Shown piece by piece: positions 13,569 to 29,904 of a DNA stretch of 64,000 nt. Made by a program: the position numbers and the translations under genes. The number at the start of each line of letters is the position of its first letter. Positions within the stretch are counted from its first letter, which is position 1. The notes beneath the pieces are model-generated. The model did no database searches and was not told the DNA's origin. It saw only the letters and a list, made by a program, of their open reading frames with translations. The stretch comes from Octopus vulgaris (taxonomy: Eukaryota), in the NCBI GenBank assembly GCA_951406725.2, contig OX597830.1:47678001-47742000 (forward strand), given 5' to 3'.

Positions 13569-13975
13569 ACACCCACGCATACGAGCTTGCATGCTCCTGC
13601 TTATTTCTACATATGACTTCCAAGTAATGTAGTGGGATGGATGACAGACTGACAAACGTTGGGTGTCTACTTGAAGCAAGACAGAATTATTGGTGGTGAT
13701 AAACCAGGTTCACGAAAGAAACCATTTCTATAACGAGATTCTCAGCGATGACCGTTTAAATTTTGTATTTTGGATCTGCTTCTGTTGTGATCCAAGAAAC
13801 CTCTTATGGTTTTCCCCCGTGATAGTTAGACATGGGAATGTAATAAGGGAGTTTCTTTGTTACCTACAAACTACAAAGCAGACATACCAAGTGAGGAGAG
13901 GCGTCGGCTATATCAACCGGTCAAACTGTATTAGTTGATGTATATTAGAGAGAACCTTTCCCTCTTTCACTCTAC

Positions 13976-14094
<119 letters not shown>

Positions 14095-14141
14095 CTCTCT
14101 TTCTACTCTTTCTTTCTTTCCCTCTCTCCCCTCTCTCTCTT

Positions 14142-14213
<72 letters not shown>

Positions 14214-14483
14214 TAGAAGAAATGAGGTACTCAGAAATCCGGATGGTTTTATATTTACAGATATTTATTAGTATGTTACATCATATATCATATATCATAT
14301 ATCTCATATCATATATCATATATCATATATGGCGCTTTCGTCCATTCTAGTTGAGACTTCAAACTGGACTAAATTCTTGCAGGAATTTTGACACTTTTTA
14401 TAGTATTATTGAGTGTGTAGTGGAGGGGTGAGATATAAGATAGTACAAGAAGGTGATGAATGGGGAGAAAGTGAGAGAGAGCA

Positions 14484-14516
<33 letters not shown>

Positions 14517-14881
14517 GTGTATACGTGTGTGTGTTTGTATCTGAAAGAGGTGTTAAAGAAAAAGAAGGAAAGGAAGATAAGGGAGAGAAAGAAGAAAACA
14601 CACACACACACACACTTACACTCACGCACACGCACGCACATATACACACATACACTCTCACAAGACAAAGATAAAAAGGAAATCCAGACAATTTTTTGAA
14701 AAGTGACATTTTGCCCCCCTTGGAGTAAACAGCTGCATTTGCCATTACTAAAAGCCAGCAAAATTTTTTTCTTCTTTCTCTCCCTTTTCTTCCTTTCCTT
14801 CTTTTTCTTTAACACCATTTTCAGATACAAAAACACACACACATACACACACACGCACACACGCACACACATACACACGCT

Positions 14882-14913
<32 letters not shown>

Positions 14914-14997
14914 AACACCGATCGAGAATTCCCTATACTGAGCAGTTAGTTTCGGCACTTTCTGCTGCTTCATCAGTTAGGATACACACACGCACAC

Positions 14998-15057
<60 letters not shown>

Positions 15058-15360
15058 CAAGCAGCAGTTTTCTCGACAAACGCTAGCTACGCTCTTGTAA
15101 GATATTCTGTATTTCGTTATTGAAGAAAGATGAAGGATGCCGGACAAAATGTTTACCAACTTCTCGTCCGTCATTGCGTTCTGATTTCAAATACATACCA
15201 GCAAGGTCGACTTTGTCTTTCACTGTGTCGGGAACGATAAAAATAAGTACAAGTCGAGCACTGGGGTGGATGGAATCGACAAGTCCCCTCCCTCTAAAAC
15301 ATCAGGTCTTGTGCCTGTAGATGAAGGGTTATTAAACAAAGATTGATTTCAAAGACTTAC

Positions 15361-15615
15361 CCCTAATTCCTTCAACTGTTGCAACCATAGAATCATTGGC
15401 AGGAATAAGTCTGGAACTGGTTGCAGAACTTGTCGAAAAGTAACAATTTTCGAACAACAAATCTGCCTTAAACGACAGGCAAGAGTTTTCCATTTGACAC
15501 ACTTTGATACAGTGTGTGAAATTTCCAGATGAACTACCATAAAAATCGTTGTCGTCCATAGTCATGTTGAAGATGAATTTTAGGGGACATCCTGTCAGTG
15601 CTGCCATTGTTGCAT
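15361..15615 (-). CDS. PAN protein paralog A, coding exon 3 (PAN/Apple domain 1)
   Basis: 255-nt phase 1-1 exon (gcttcag / gtaagt). Encodes ...GCPLKF...HCIKVCQMENSCLSFKADLLFENCYF..., the C-x3-C-x5-C-x-SF...C-YF PAN pattern. Confidence 0.85.
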
Positions 15616-15758
15616 CTGAAGCATTGATAAAAAATAAATAAAAAATAAATAAAAACTAATTGAAAATAAAAATAAAATGAAAATAATTAAATTTAACTCG
15701 GTTCTATAGTTATTGAATGTAATATCAAGGAAAATGACTCTCTAGTAATCGAAACAAA

Positions 15759-15915
15759 AGGAGTGGCTGTGTGGTAAGAAGCTTGCTTACCTACCACATG
15801 GTTCCGGGTTCAGTCCCACTGAGTGGTACCTTGGGCAAGTGTCTTCTACTATAGCCTCAGACCGACCAAAGCCTTGTGAGTGATTTCGGTAGACGGAAAC
15901 TGAAAGAAGCCCGTC
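15759..15915 (+). mobile_element. tRNA-derived SINE head
   Basis: GGAGTGGCTGTGTGGTAAG...GGTTCAGTCCC...CCTTGGGCAAGTGTCTT; paralog at ~43892-44045. Confidence 0.65.
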
Positions 15916-16019
15916 TCCGATGAAAGGATATATAAAATATCCCGGAAACACCTGTAAGACCTATTTATAAATGTTCTGAAATCTTTGCAGCCTTGGATTT
16001 TTATCTCATTCTCTTAATT

Positions 16020-16082
<63 letters not shown>

Positions 16083-17321
16083 TACTGTGTCTGCTTGTCA
16101 CCCCACCATCGCTTGACAACCGATGTTGGTGTGTTTATGTCATCAGAACACCTCAATATTAGTTTCTGCTAGGAGAAAGCTTCAGACTCAAGAAAGAAAA
16201 GGAATTTACATTTTGTGACGTTGATCCAACATGTTAAAACTTAATCCGAGGATTTGGCTTAGAATCTTTTGTTTAAGCAGTTACCTGAAGATGCAGCCAT
16301 CGAAACTGAAATATATGAGAAAGCTATTCCATTGACTGACAAAACTTTAATCATCACCATGCAACAACCACAGACCGTCGGTTCATTATGCCTTTCCTCG
16401 TCCTTCCACAATTCACACATGTCTCACATCCAAAGCTGTGTATCACTAGTCAAGAAGTGTAACGCAGTATCGTCGTTTCCTGCCTCCACCTTTATACAGG
16501 CTTTTTAAAACAAACCCAACAGCCCCACCCGGAGCAGACTGACCCTCTCCCCACGATACTTAGGCTACTGGCATAATCCCTCCGTCTTTGCCAACCATCG
16601 TCCTGTCTCACACTCATTTTTAACTTCTTAAAGGAGGGAATAGAGACAACCAATAACAACATCCTTGATCCTTTTCCATGCTCAAGAGCCACCAGTGTTT
16701 TTTTTTTTTTTTTGTGAAGCCAGATATGCTAAAGACAAAGACAACCCTGTCACTAATGAGTGAATTCTCAACCTTCCATGTCAGCAAATCATTCGGTTGC
16801 TTGGCGCAAAAATCTCCTGGAGAAAGTAACCACCAATGAGATCCGTTTGTCTCTTGTTTCTGAGATCGACTGCGACCAATCAAAACGTGCGATCGCTCTG
16901 TGAACTGACAGCACTTTTTCTGACTGGATTTCTATTAATTCCAACGCGCTTGAAAGTTTATCCACCCCAAGGCCCAACATAACCATTCCGCCCCCAACAC
17001 TTCCTCCTCAGACCATCAGTGTTCAGAAATCCCTTTCTGCGAATATTTATCTTCCAGCAGTCATTTTGCAGCTGTTTAAGAGACACGTTAGCTGCATCGA
17101 CATCATCAGTCTGTGAGTCCATGAGCCAGTTCCTTGCTCTCAACCAAACTAATATCTACAATCTACTGAAGGTTGCCTCTAGTAATCTTTAATCCATTTC
17201 CTCTAATTCCCGTATTAACCATATTGCTTCATCCTTTGTCTTCAAAACTGATTTCCACTGAAACTTTGTACTTATCTCAACTCTCAAAGGTTCAACACTA
17301 ACAGCATCGATTTCAATAATC

Positions 17322-17650
17322 TGATGGCGATGGTGTTGGCGGTTGTAGTTGTGGTGGTGATGGTGGTGTTGGCAGTTGTAGTTGTGGTGGTGGTGGTGGT
17401 GATGTTGGAGGTTGTAGTTGTGGTGGTGGTGGTGATGTTGGCAGTTGTAGTTGTGGTGGTGGTGGTGATGTTGGAGGTTGTAGTTGTGGTGGTGGTGATG
17501 GCGTTGGCAGTTGTAGTTGTGGTGGTGGTGATGTTGGAGGTTGTAGTTGTGGTGATGGTGTTGGCGGTTGTTGTTGTTGTTGTGGTGGTGGTGGCGGTTA
17601 TGGTTGTGGTGGTGGTGGTGGTGATGTTGGAGGTTGTAGTTGTGGTGGTT
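17322..17650. repeat. ~30-36-nt minisatellite, (GGT)n-GATGTTGG(A/C)(G/A)GTTGTAGTTGT
   Basis: About ten tandem units inside intron 2 of the PAN gene; paralog at 45447-45778. Confidence 0.85.
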
Positions 17651-17760
17651 GCTATTCTCCTTAATCTTCAGCTTATTAATAAAAAAACAACCCAATTTAC
17701 TTCAATTTCAAATTAAATAAGAACAAGATTACAGATTCAAAAGGAAACGACTTCTCTTAC

Positions 17761-17793
17761 CTCCACCGTATTGAACGAGAGATAGCCATAGCA
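17761..17793 (-). CDS. PAN protein paralog A, coding exon 2 (33-nt microexon, rest of signal peptide)
   Basis: catttcag|TGCTATGG...GGTGGAG|gtaaga, phase 1-1. Encodes (V)LWLSLVQYGG(D), completing a hydrophobic signal peptide. Confidence 0.72.
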
Positions 17794-18589
17794 CTGAAAT
17801 GAACCGAAAACAAAGGTGAATTGAATGAATCGTGTGTGATTTTGATATCTAACATCAATTTAAAGACACAAGGCACAACGGACAGTGTCCAGCAGATTGG
17901 ATCAAGTCCAACACTGGACTGCTACTTACTTTACAAATCCCAAAAGGATGGCACACAACCAGTTGTGCTCCCCGCCTGTTTCCACTTGGTGGTGTGGATA
18001 CGCAAAGCTCGTCCATCGGGTGATATTCACCCCTGCACAACCGCTCACAGTTTCTCTAATCGCAGTTGCTGCTATCGGTTTTTCACAGAACCCAACTTCT
18101 ATATTTTTATCAAACAATCGAGCAAAGCGCCGCAAAATGCTGCACTCAAGTACATGGAATTCAAAAACATAGATCCATCGCCGTCCGTTAAAGAACGAAA
18201 AACGAGTTTGTTTCTTCCGCCACCCGAGCTCGTTGGACGGCTTTAGGTCTTCCTATGTAAATCTCGCGCACTAGCTTAGACAATAGAGCCATCGTCTTTC
18301 GCGTCAAAGAAATGGGATAGCCCTATTTTCTTCACAGACACAGTCATTGTGATGCTTTCCTCAAGCTTATTTTAATCTGCTGACGAAACACCTCTCACAT
18401 TCACTGTTTTCTGTCGACTTCTTAGTTAAACTTTAATAATATTCGTCGTTAGAATTCTCATTGAGGCAACGGAGTGACTCAGTAATGACAGGATAGAGTA
18501 ACATTTTCGGCAGAGTTTATGTTGATTGATGGCTTATATTACATATACTTAGAAAGATGATATATATGGGGTGGGGGTGGGGGTGCGTA

Positions 18590-18644
<55 letters not shown>

Positions 18645-18649
<5 letters not shown>

Positions 18650-19424
18650 ATAAAAGTTTTCGAAAAAAATTTTGTCAATGGCCAGCATATTAAAAAATAC
18701 CTCTAAAGGTTAAATTTATAAATAATTTATAAACAAGGGCAAAACAAAAAAATTCTAATGCCAAATATGCCGAAAATAGACAAATCGTCAATAACCATAT
18801 AATTCATCACTATAAGCACGCGTCTCGAAGTAAGCCGACAGAAATTTCTAAAAAATTCCGTTATTATCATATCGGTCTCAATTTCAGAGTTAATTCATAA
18901 GACTTTTCTCCTCGTCAGCGATGAATACGGTAAGAAATAAATGAAATACTTACTTATACCGTGTAAGAAGCAAACACTAAGTCATGAGCACACTTAAGTA
19001 CCCCAAATATATCCAAAATAGAAATTCTCCAGCACACCTCGAGACCCGTGCGATCGGACTGAAAACTCTCCTAGAGCGAGAGAGTCCGGAAGTGAACACT
19101 ATTAATTTTACATCTAATATAGGATAAAATTTTCCGAAAAAAATTCTATCAATGGCCAGCATATTAAAAAATACTATTAAAGGTTAAATTTATAAACAAC
19201 TTATAAACAAGGGTAAAAGAAAAACATTCTAATGCCAAATCTGACGAAAAGTCTCCGGTTGTGGTGGTGGATTCTCTAGGTTCTCGGATTTCTGCATATT
19301 TGCGCGTCATCGGTAGCAAGTACTCTTTTCGCCTGGTAATGATGTTTCTGTGCTTTTTAGAACCATGCCTTAATACGAGACTCTATCTCAAAACGAGCCC
19401 TGCAATATTATCCACGTTAAATAG

Positions 19425-19425
<1 letters not shown>
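18645..19425 (-). mobile_element. Penelope-like pseudo-LTR remnant with ~120-nt direct repeat and a degenerate hammerhead-like core
   Basis: 18645-18765 is repeated at 19118-19240. The minus strand has CATCGCTGACGAG...CGAGACGCGTG...GTGATG; paralog at ~46763-47545. Confidence 0.5.
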
Positions 19426-19490
<65 letters not shown>

Positions 19491-19493
19491 ATA

Positions 19494-19546
<53 letters not shown>

Positions 19547-19799
19547 CGTTGGAATGAGTGCTCAATCCCGCATTGGGGGACAAATAATTTCTTTATTTGT
19601 GAATGAAGAAAGGGAGGAGGTAGAAAATGAATATTTTTATTCCACCAATTGACATCCATAGGATAAAGGCTGCGAAACGATCGTCGTTATGATATGGATG
19701 TCAATTGGTGAAGTAAATATCTTCATCTTATACCTCCACTCCTTTTTCAGGTATGTATACACCCACCCCATATATATAAAACTTAGATACGTTTCGACT

Positions 19800-20420
19800 A
19801 GAGATTGGTCCAGGCCGTGTCTAACTTAATAACACCACCTAATAGGCTTTTCTAAATCCTTTTAAAGTCAAGTTTTGTGTTATCATGGTCCATTCAAGTA
19901 GTGAGTTCTTGTTGAGTGAGTTGTATACAGGTATGGGTGGCTTATCTGGAATTCCTTGAAGAAATTTGTCCAGATCCGTTTAAAGTCGATGGGATCCTTT
20001 TCCTCTTTGATCAGTTTTGGGACAATGTTAAACACGGCAGGGCCTGTTGAGGAAAAGAAATTTTGCTGCAGTCTATTTATGTGTTGTGATCCTTAATTGG
20101 GCAGGGGACGTATGGCCCGTGGTCCCAGCCTTGGATGAATTTTGAAGCTAATGTTCAGGTCGTTTTGGCAACGCTGGCAGTATATTCTCCACACCGTACA
20201 AATGATGTACCGCTCGCGGCGGCACTGGAGAGACTAGAGTTTCAAGGCTTTGAGGCGGTTCCAGTAATCGAGATCAATCATGCCCTTAATTCGTTTATTG
20301 AATGCCCTCTGGGGTGATTCAACTTTTGAGATGTTTTGCTTTGTATGGGGAGACCACAGGGGGCAGCAGTATTTGAGGTGTGGCCGTACAATGGAAAAGT
20401 GGAATGATGACACCTTGTTC
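19800..20420 (-). mobile_element. 5'-truncated LINE (CR1/L2-group) RT C-terminal fragment, with stops
   Basis: IVRPHLKYCCPLWSPHTKQNISKVESPQRAF...YWNRLKALKL*SLQCRRERY. Confidence 0.8.
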
Positions 20421-20425
20421 TCTAT

Positions 20426-20476
<51 letters not shown>

Positions 20477-20489
20477 GTGAGAGAGAGAT

Positions 20490-20549
<60 letters not shown>

Positions 20550-20671
20550 GAGAGTTTACGAAAAAAAACAAAAGACGTATCAGTATAACGCTCAGCAATA
20601 GAAAAAGTCTTTTACATTTCGAGTCTACGCTCTTCTACAGAAAGGGACACAGAAAAAAAAACAAGAAGAGA

Positions 20672-20812
<141 letters not shown>

Positions 20813-21175
20813 TTAAATGTAAGCAGTGTATATTTATCTGTGTGTGTGTGTGTGTGTTAGCTGTTCATGAAGACTATCTGATAGAATATGAATGCTGTAT
20901 TATTCATGTAAGATGCATCGCAGAATATTCCAACTTATTTTCACGTCATGTTAATCTGATCCTCACCTTTTAAGTATGAAACATTTATATAAAGCCAACT
21001 ATCACACGGTATGCTTGCCTCGTAATTACGCTTGTAATCTTTTATATTTAAAATTTTATCCTTTTTACAAAATCATATTATATGCAACGCATTGAAAACA
21101 AAACGAAAATCATTGAATTTAACTTCACAGAGAAAGGGAAATGTCTGAAGAGAGATATAAGTATATTTAGCTTAC

Positions 21176-21212
21176 CAAAAATGGTTGACAACTTATGCAA
21201 AAGTTTGGACAT
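21176..21212 (-). CDS. Secreted two-PAN/Apple-domain protein, paralog A, coding exon 1 (signal peptide)
   Basis: ATG at 21212 gives MSKLLHKLSTIF, then a phase-1 GTAAG donor. An upstream acceptor (ttcctgtcag at 21268) implies a 5'UTR exon further right. Confidence 0.75.
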
Positions 21213-21472
21213 TTTGAAGCGTTGAAAGTCTTTAAACTGCAAAATGGAATCGTTTCTGTTTGAATGTCTGACAGGAAATAATAGAGTATATATATTCTCT
21301 GCGTCATTATTGGAGAGGAGGGCCTTACCACTACCACCACCACCACCATCATCATTATCATCATCATCATCATCGTCTTCGCCATTGTTACCAGTACCTG
21401 CCAGCAGCAGCAGCAGCAGTAGCAGCAGTAGCAGTAGTAGTCACAGCAGCAACCCAAACACTTCGATGATGT

Positions 21473-21505
<33 letters not shown>

Positions 21506-21624
21506 CAACGACAGCAACGACATTCATAACAATGACGAGGACCTCATAATTGATTAGATTTGTAAATCCCACAAACACATTCAATTAATAAAAGGTAAAA
21601 CTACCACCACCACCACCACCACCA

Positions 21625-21694
<70 letters not shown>

Positions 21695-22287
21695 GCACAT
21701 TTGTCTTCTATCTGCATTGTAATCATCAACTTTTGTCAAATTCCTTCTAGTAACAAACAATCAAGTTTTATGCTCTGATGAACTTATTATTAATTAATGA
21801 TGCTTACTTAAAAAACAACAACGCAAAACCACTTTCTTCAATGACTTTCAGATAAGAGCTTAAGCGATAAGTAGAGATATTGATTTCAAATTTTGCTCAA
21901 GGCCAGCAATTTCGCGGGAGAGGCTAAGTCGATTATCGATCCCAGAATTCAAGTGGTACTAATTTTATTGACGCTGAAGTCGACCTCAGTGAAATTTGAA
22001 CTCAGAACGCAAGGACGGACGAAATGCTGCTAAGCACTTTATCCGGCGTATTAACGATTCTGCCAGTTCGCCGCCTCACGTTAAGTAGATATACTGAAAA
22101 CTAGAAGCAGTACCCGGCGTTACCCAGGTCTATAGAACGTATCAGAAATCAGATAAGATTTTGGTCTTAGCCTTAAAGACACCCCTTAAAGATCCCCTTA
22201 TGCAAAATTTCAGGTACTTCGATACAAAGTAGTGGCTTAGAACTTGACCCAAAGACACACACGCACACATACAAACAAACACACATA

Positions 22288-22385
<98 letters not shown>

Positions 22386-23417
22386 AATGTGTTGCTAGGA
22401 ATAACTGAAATTCTGATATTAAACAGGGCTTCCCAAACAGCATAGCCCTATCCACACAATTTTTGTCCATCTTTTACCAAAGTCTTTTCTTCAATTGCAA
22501 TGCCATCCACTTTGAATGCAGCATCACTGAAATAAATCGATACCTGGAAATCAGCTGGCAGAAACGTTAGAACGCCGGGCGAAATGCTTAGTGGTATTTA
22601 GTCTGTCTTTGTGTTCTGAGTTCAAATTCCACCGAGGTCGACTTTGCCTTTCATCTTTTCGGAGTCGATAAATTAAGTACCAGTTGCAAACTGGGGTCGC
22701 ACATACATACATACATAGGTACATACATACATACATACATACATACATACATACATACATACATACAAATTGCTCTCAGTATCAACCAAACGGTTTGGCG
22801 ATAGACAATAAACGAAAGTACAGCAAAACACTGGCTCCAAAAATTTTGTGTTGTAGACAAAAGCCTTAATGGGCTGGGTGGTTGTAGACGACCAATTGTG
22901 CACTTGGGAGCTATTATTGAAGTGGATGTGTGTAGACCATTAAAGAGCTTACAGAAGAATTAACGCTGACCATTCGTCATGTAGTTCTTCAGTTGTTCCA
23001 TATTTGTACCACATTGCAAAATCCTTTACAAAAAGATCGGAAACGGGCGCTGCACAAGCTGATTGAAATTGATTTTAAAAAACCGCTTTCACGGTTGTGC
23101 ATTAGGATTCTTTTTTGCGTAGCAATGTAGACGGTGCAGCTGCACGCGTATGAGCAGGCTTGGGCAAGACTTTTTCAAAAGATTCGATCTGGGTAGTTGC
23201 CCATGCATGTAACTTTTCAATTTGTTTAATAATTAATTAATAAAACTACAAAGTACGATGCATTTATAAGATTACGCAGAAGCACGCCCCTGTCTTGGAC
23301 AGATGTTAATTTATACAAATAGAAACAAATATATTTTTGAAGTGCTCAAGTTAAATATTTAAAAGAAAATAAAGGCTTTCAGAGCAATATCTTATCTATC
23401 AGACACAAACGAAATAG

Positions 23418-24336
<919 letters not shown>

Positions 24337-24480
24337 CAAAAACAGTAGATATTCCGTACAAAATATATGTGATAAACATCATATAACACCGGAATCATAA
24401 ATGGTATCTGCGGGTGGCTGAAGGCTGAGCTGGTCAACATGGCGCAAACATTCGCAACCACACACACACGCACGCACACG

Positions 24481-24574
<94 letters not shown>

Positions 24575-26600
24575 TGCTCTCGGATGCTGCACCAGTCAGC
24601 TCACTCGATTTCTGGTCTGTTCTTTTGAAGACCGTATAAATAAAAGACTATGAAAACGAAAACGGCTCTAAATTAACTGCAATCTCCTCGTCTGGCTGCT
24701 TAATGTTATCTTACACTTATTACAAAAAAAAGACTGTTCCTCTTCCAAAAGTTGGCAACCAGCCTTCTCACCAAACTAAATATCTAACATTTAATTCTAC
24801 TGTTCCCACCCACCCACCCACCCACCTCCAATATACCCAAACTATTCCTTTCCATTTTTATCTGATTTTTATTTTTATGTTTGAACAAAATTAAACATTA
24901 ACAAAAAAAAATATAGCATTAAAGAAAAATAAAATATAATAAAATAAAACAAACAATACAAACCGACGGAAAACTCTGAAGAATTCTTCTTGATAGTTTC
25001 TCCTTCGCTTCTTTCTTATCTCAACCTTTTTCCCTTTTAAATCTGCTTTTGTTTCTTTCGTCTTGTAACATTTTTATATATTTATAGACCATTTATCTTA
25101 TATTCTAGAGATTGCAGATAGACAAATCAATAGGGAAAAGGGGTAGGGGGGGAGCAGCAGCCAAAGAGTCAGTGGATGGTATTCTGCCACCACCACCACC
25201 ACCGCCGCCACCGCTACCTTCGCTGTGTGTTCTTTGCTCATAACCTCTACAACGTATTCGCTCCCTATTAGCACTTCATTGCATCCTGTTTTGTCTCATC
25301 ACTATGTGATGATATCCTCACAGTCACCATCCCTGCATCTACATCATGTCCTGCCACCTCATCTACAATGTATCCTCTCACCACCACCTCTACCATATAC
25401 CCTCTCACCTTACGTTCTATCCTCCTGTCACACACACACACACACACACACACTGCCCGTTCCCAGCAGTGCAGACCACTAATCTCTGGCTAAGTCCTCG
25501 GTCATTTAGTGAGGACCAAAATTTACTGTTAAGAACCGTAGTTCAACACTGTGGTATTGACAAATTCTAAAGTTTTGGCTAAAAGTGGCGGGTTCAGTTC
25601 CTGAAGCAGAGAGAAAAATCCATCTATGATGGACCAGCATCCTCTCTAGCAGAAGGGTGTGGAGCGAAGGATTTCGATGGTTTTATTGCAATGGAAAAAC
25701 GAAAAAGCAACACAAATTCTCTCAACCAATGGAATCTGAAAAGGATCAGCCTTTTCGTGTTTAAAACATTTCCTCATTCTTTGGCCAAAACTTTGGATAT
25801 TCTTTTCCCCTTTATGACAAACCAACATATTTTAAACACAGTTTATTAATATTGTTTAATCGACTGATTGATTCCTTAATCCATTGACTGATTTCTGTGT
25901 TGGAGACGCCAAGTCGGCTCTGTTTGGGCTGAAAATACAACAGTTGCTGGCCATTGTTGTTTCTTGAGAAAATCTATAGAATAACAATAAGACTGAGAAC
26001 ATCATAGAGTAATTTGGCTCTTTTAAAATACACCAAACACTAATATATTCAATTTATTTTGGTTCTTTTCCTTCATAACAAATATTTTATCATAAATTCA
26101 TAATATTGAAGGATGCTGTACGTGGCCTTTCAGCCTGCTAGAAATAGCAGCAAAATTTCTGTCAAATCACACAAACTATGCTAAATAAAGAAGTCCACAT
26201 TGAGCAACATAAACTTTGATTTATGAAAAGAGAAGATGGTTATGGTTGGCTTACTCAAGTATTTACAGGGTCTAAAATAGCAGCAGCAGCAGTAACGTGA
26301 ACAGCAACAACAAGTGTTGAATGACATTTGTTTAATTCTCAACTGACCTGTCTTTATTTCTTCTCTCAAGAATTTCCGAATATAGCGAATAGCTTGAAAG
26401 GAATAATCTGTGCAAGACTGATTTATATCGAGACGCGCTTTATGAAGATGAAGTCTTTGGTGCTGATCCGATTACACATTAATGGCTATAGGAACAGATT
26501 AGTTTGACTGGTGGTACTCTTGCTACTAGAAGCTGATGTAGTGGAATGAAGTAGCGATGATCAGGCTGGAAAGTTTTGGTACTTGACAAAATAACTGATA

Positions 26601-26900
26601 TTCCGTCGGTTACGACGACGAATGTTCCAGATCAACGGAACAGCCTGCTCGTGAAATTAAAGTGCAAATGACTGAGTACTCCACAGGCACGCGTACCCTA
26701 AACGTAGTTCTAAGTGAGATTCAGCATGGCACAGACTGTGACAAAGCTGGCCCTGGGAATTACCGGTACAACTCATTTTTGCCAGGTGGGTTGAAAAGAG
26801 CAACTTGAAATAAAGTGTCTTGCTCAAGGACACAACGCGCCCCGGGAATCGAACTCACGACCTTGCGATCGTGAGCCGAATGCATTAACCACTAAGCCTA
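26601..26900 (-). mobile_element. tRNA-derived SINE
   Basis: Minus strand GGCTTAGTGGTT...GAGTTCGATTCCC...CCTTGAGCAAGACACT; paralog at ~61426-61722. Confidence 0.7.
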
Positions 26901-27064
26901 ATGATCTCCCAACACCACCTTCAAGAAACCAGCCGCTCACCTGATAACCTATCAATCTGGTGACCGCACAAGACAGATTGAATACATTCTCATCAGAAAG
27001 AGGGAATAATTGTTGCTGAGAAATGCAAGGATTTTCCTGATCGAAGAACGTAGCCCTCAATATG

Positions 27065-27475
27065 GATTAGTCATTAGCGACTTCAGACTTCAGATTAGAA
27101 GGATTCCAAGAATCAGACCAATTTCGAAAAGAAAGATTTGAAAGTTTAAGGATCCTTTGAGACATCCTAACTGAAGCATTTGGCAAGGAGTTACAGACGT
27201 GTAACACAGAGGTCAAGTTACTGAGAGCTACCGACTAAAATCTATAGCAGGTGCAAAGTCCCAACAAGACCCAGGGTGACATGGTGATGGAACAGTGTTG
27301 TTGAGAAGGCCATTAAAGCAAAGAAATAGGCCTGTAAGGACGGGAAGAATGGTGGTGGCAGAGGACTTTATCGGGTAGTTAGAAGGGAAGTCAGGAGACT
27401 GGTATATTTAGTCAGTGAAAAAGCTGAAGGAAAAAAGTTTGCCAATGTTGTACGACAGGAGAACTAGCGGCTTGT
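27065..27475 (+). mobile_element. Decayed RTE-clade LINE fragment (endonuclease-RT linker)
   Basis: Broken frames give SDFRLQIRRIPRIRPISKRKI*KFKDP and EKAIKAKK*ACKDGKNGGGRGLYRVVRREVRR...KKFANV; paralog at ~61890-62295. Confidence 0.55.
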
Positions 27476-28538
27476 GGGGTTTGATCCCAGTTCAAGAGTT
27501 CCCTATAATCCAAATGCCAGTCCGTCGCAAGGGTTAAGCAATCCCTCTATGTTGCTACTGTTGTTTCTGTTGTTGCTGTTGTTAAGCAACAATATGGGTA
27601 AGGGTGATTAGGTGATGGTCTAGGGCTTAGGGGCGGGAGACCTCAGACCTTGGAAAAAAAATAACTTTGGTCGTCTTGTTGTAGTCAAGGGCTCTTCGTT
27701 GACGCCCGACACCACTGGGAGGTGGCCCTCGAAGTCGCTGGAAATGGAGATCTCCAGGTCCAAATTGGTGATGATTCACGCTTTCAGCTGAGATGACTGG
27801 TGCAAGGTAAATGAGCTGCCTTGTTAAAGTAAACGACGCGCCACCTGGAGTGAGAATCGAACCCACCACCTCACAATCGTGAGTTGAACACTCTACCTAC
27901 ACATAGAAACATTACTTTATTTTATGCATTCTTTCGTTTCCTAAGACAGTAAGATTTGAAGGATATTTTGCTATGTTTTCTAACAAGTCGAGCAAACGCA
28001 TTGAACTGGTTGCGTTGCCGTTTGTCTATCGCCTCTGGCAAGGCATTTCTCAACACCCAAGTCTAAAGAAGAATTCCAGGGGAGACAATTCACTTTTGTA
28101 AGCAGTGTCTACTTCGAAGAACTAATGCCTATTTTGTTGGCCTGCCATACTGGGTTCAATTCCTTAGAAGAATCTCCGTAATTCACCAACAACACGGCCC
28201 CTGGGTTTGATTCAGACCAAGCCTCCTCCTTAACTCTAAACAAACTGGCGGCTGGTGACAAGGAAGCATTTCGTTTTGCTTTACATTAAATACGCATCGG
28301 AAGTGAGGAGGAGGAGGAGGAGGAGGAAGGAGAGGATGAGGAGGATGAGGAGGAGGAAGGAGAGGATGAGGAGGATGAGGAGGATGAGGAGGATGAGGAG
28401 GAGGAAGAAGAAGAAGAGGAGGAGGAGGGGATTTCAGAAGAGGAAGAAATCGCATTTCAGAATACGAAGAAAATATTTGGAAGAATTCTGAATAAGTTAG
28501 ATCGTGATGACGACGATGACGACGAGGACGACGACGAC

Positions 28539-28583
<45 letters not shown>

Positions 28584-28817
28584 GGTGGTGGTGGTGGTGA
28601 TGACAGTGACGGGGATGATGGTGATGATGATGGTGTAGTGGTGATGACGGGGAAGAGGAGGAGGTGGCCGTGATGATGGACGCAAAAATAAAAAAAGTAA
28701 AATTAGAAGAGGAGGAAGAACGCGGCAGCGGTGGTGGTGATGGTGGGGCGGGAGGGGGAGAAATAAGAGGAGGAAGGTAGGTGAAAAGGGAAGAGGGAAG
28801 AAGGAGGTTGAAGCAGG

Positions 28818-29490
<673 letters not shown>

Positions 29491-29861
29491 CAACAAGAAC
29501 AAAAACAAAAACGGAAGAGAAGAGCCGTGGCAACCGTAATGTGATTCTGTTGATGACGTAACAACGATAACAGACGACAAAACAGAATTGGAAATATGAG
29601 GCAAAAAGCAAAAAAAAAAAAGGAAAAAAAACACACACACAATAAAAACATAATGAAACAAAAGCAAGCAACCAGGAAAGATTAAAAGAATGTTCGGTAT
29701 CGATTTCTTTATTGTTCCTATGATATATATTTGGTTAATCGAAATACCTGTCGTTATCATATTCACTGTGACTAACGATTGGCAGATAATACAGTTTATA
29801 AATCAGCTTTGTAAACTCTTTTATCATCATATCTCTTCGTTTTAATCGTTTGGAAAAGTAA

Positions 29862-29870
29862 ATACATACA

Positions 29871-29904
<34 letters not shown>

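Noticed and set aside
16150-17290. Several short ORFs, one with a GDFCAK (GDFNA-like) word, possibly a decayed LINE endonuclease
   Set aside because: A single weak motif in broken frames; not assignable by eye.
17189-17695. His-rich HHHHHHNYNLQ repeat ORF on the gene strand, reminiscent of His-rich structural proteins
   Set aside because: It lies in intron 2 with no ATG start (GTG/TTG call only) and no convincing splice sites; a minisatellite of triplet-multiple units stays open by construction.
23255-23275. TATA-like motif on the minus strand upstream of the PAN gene
   Set aside because: Such motifs are common by chance in AT-rich DNA, it differs between copies, and no first exon could be defined.
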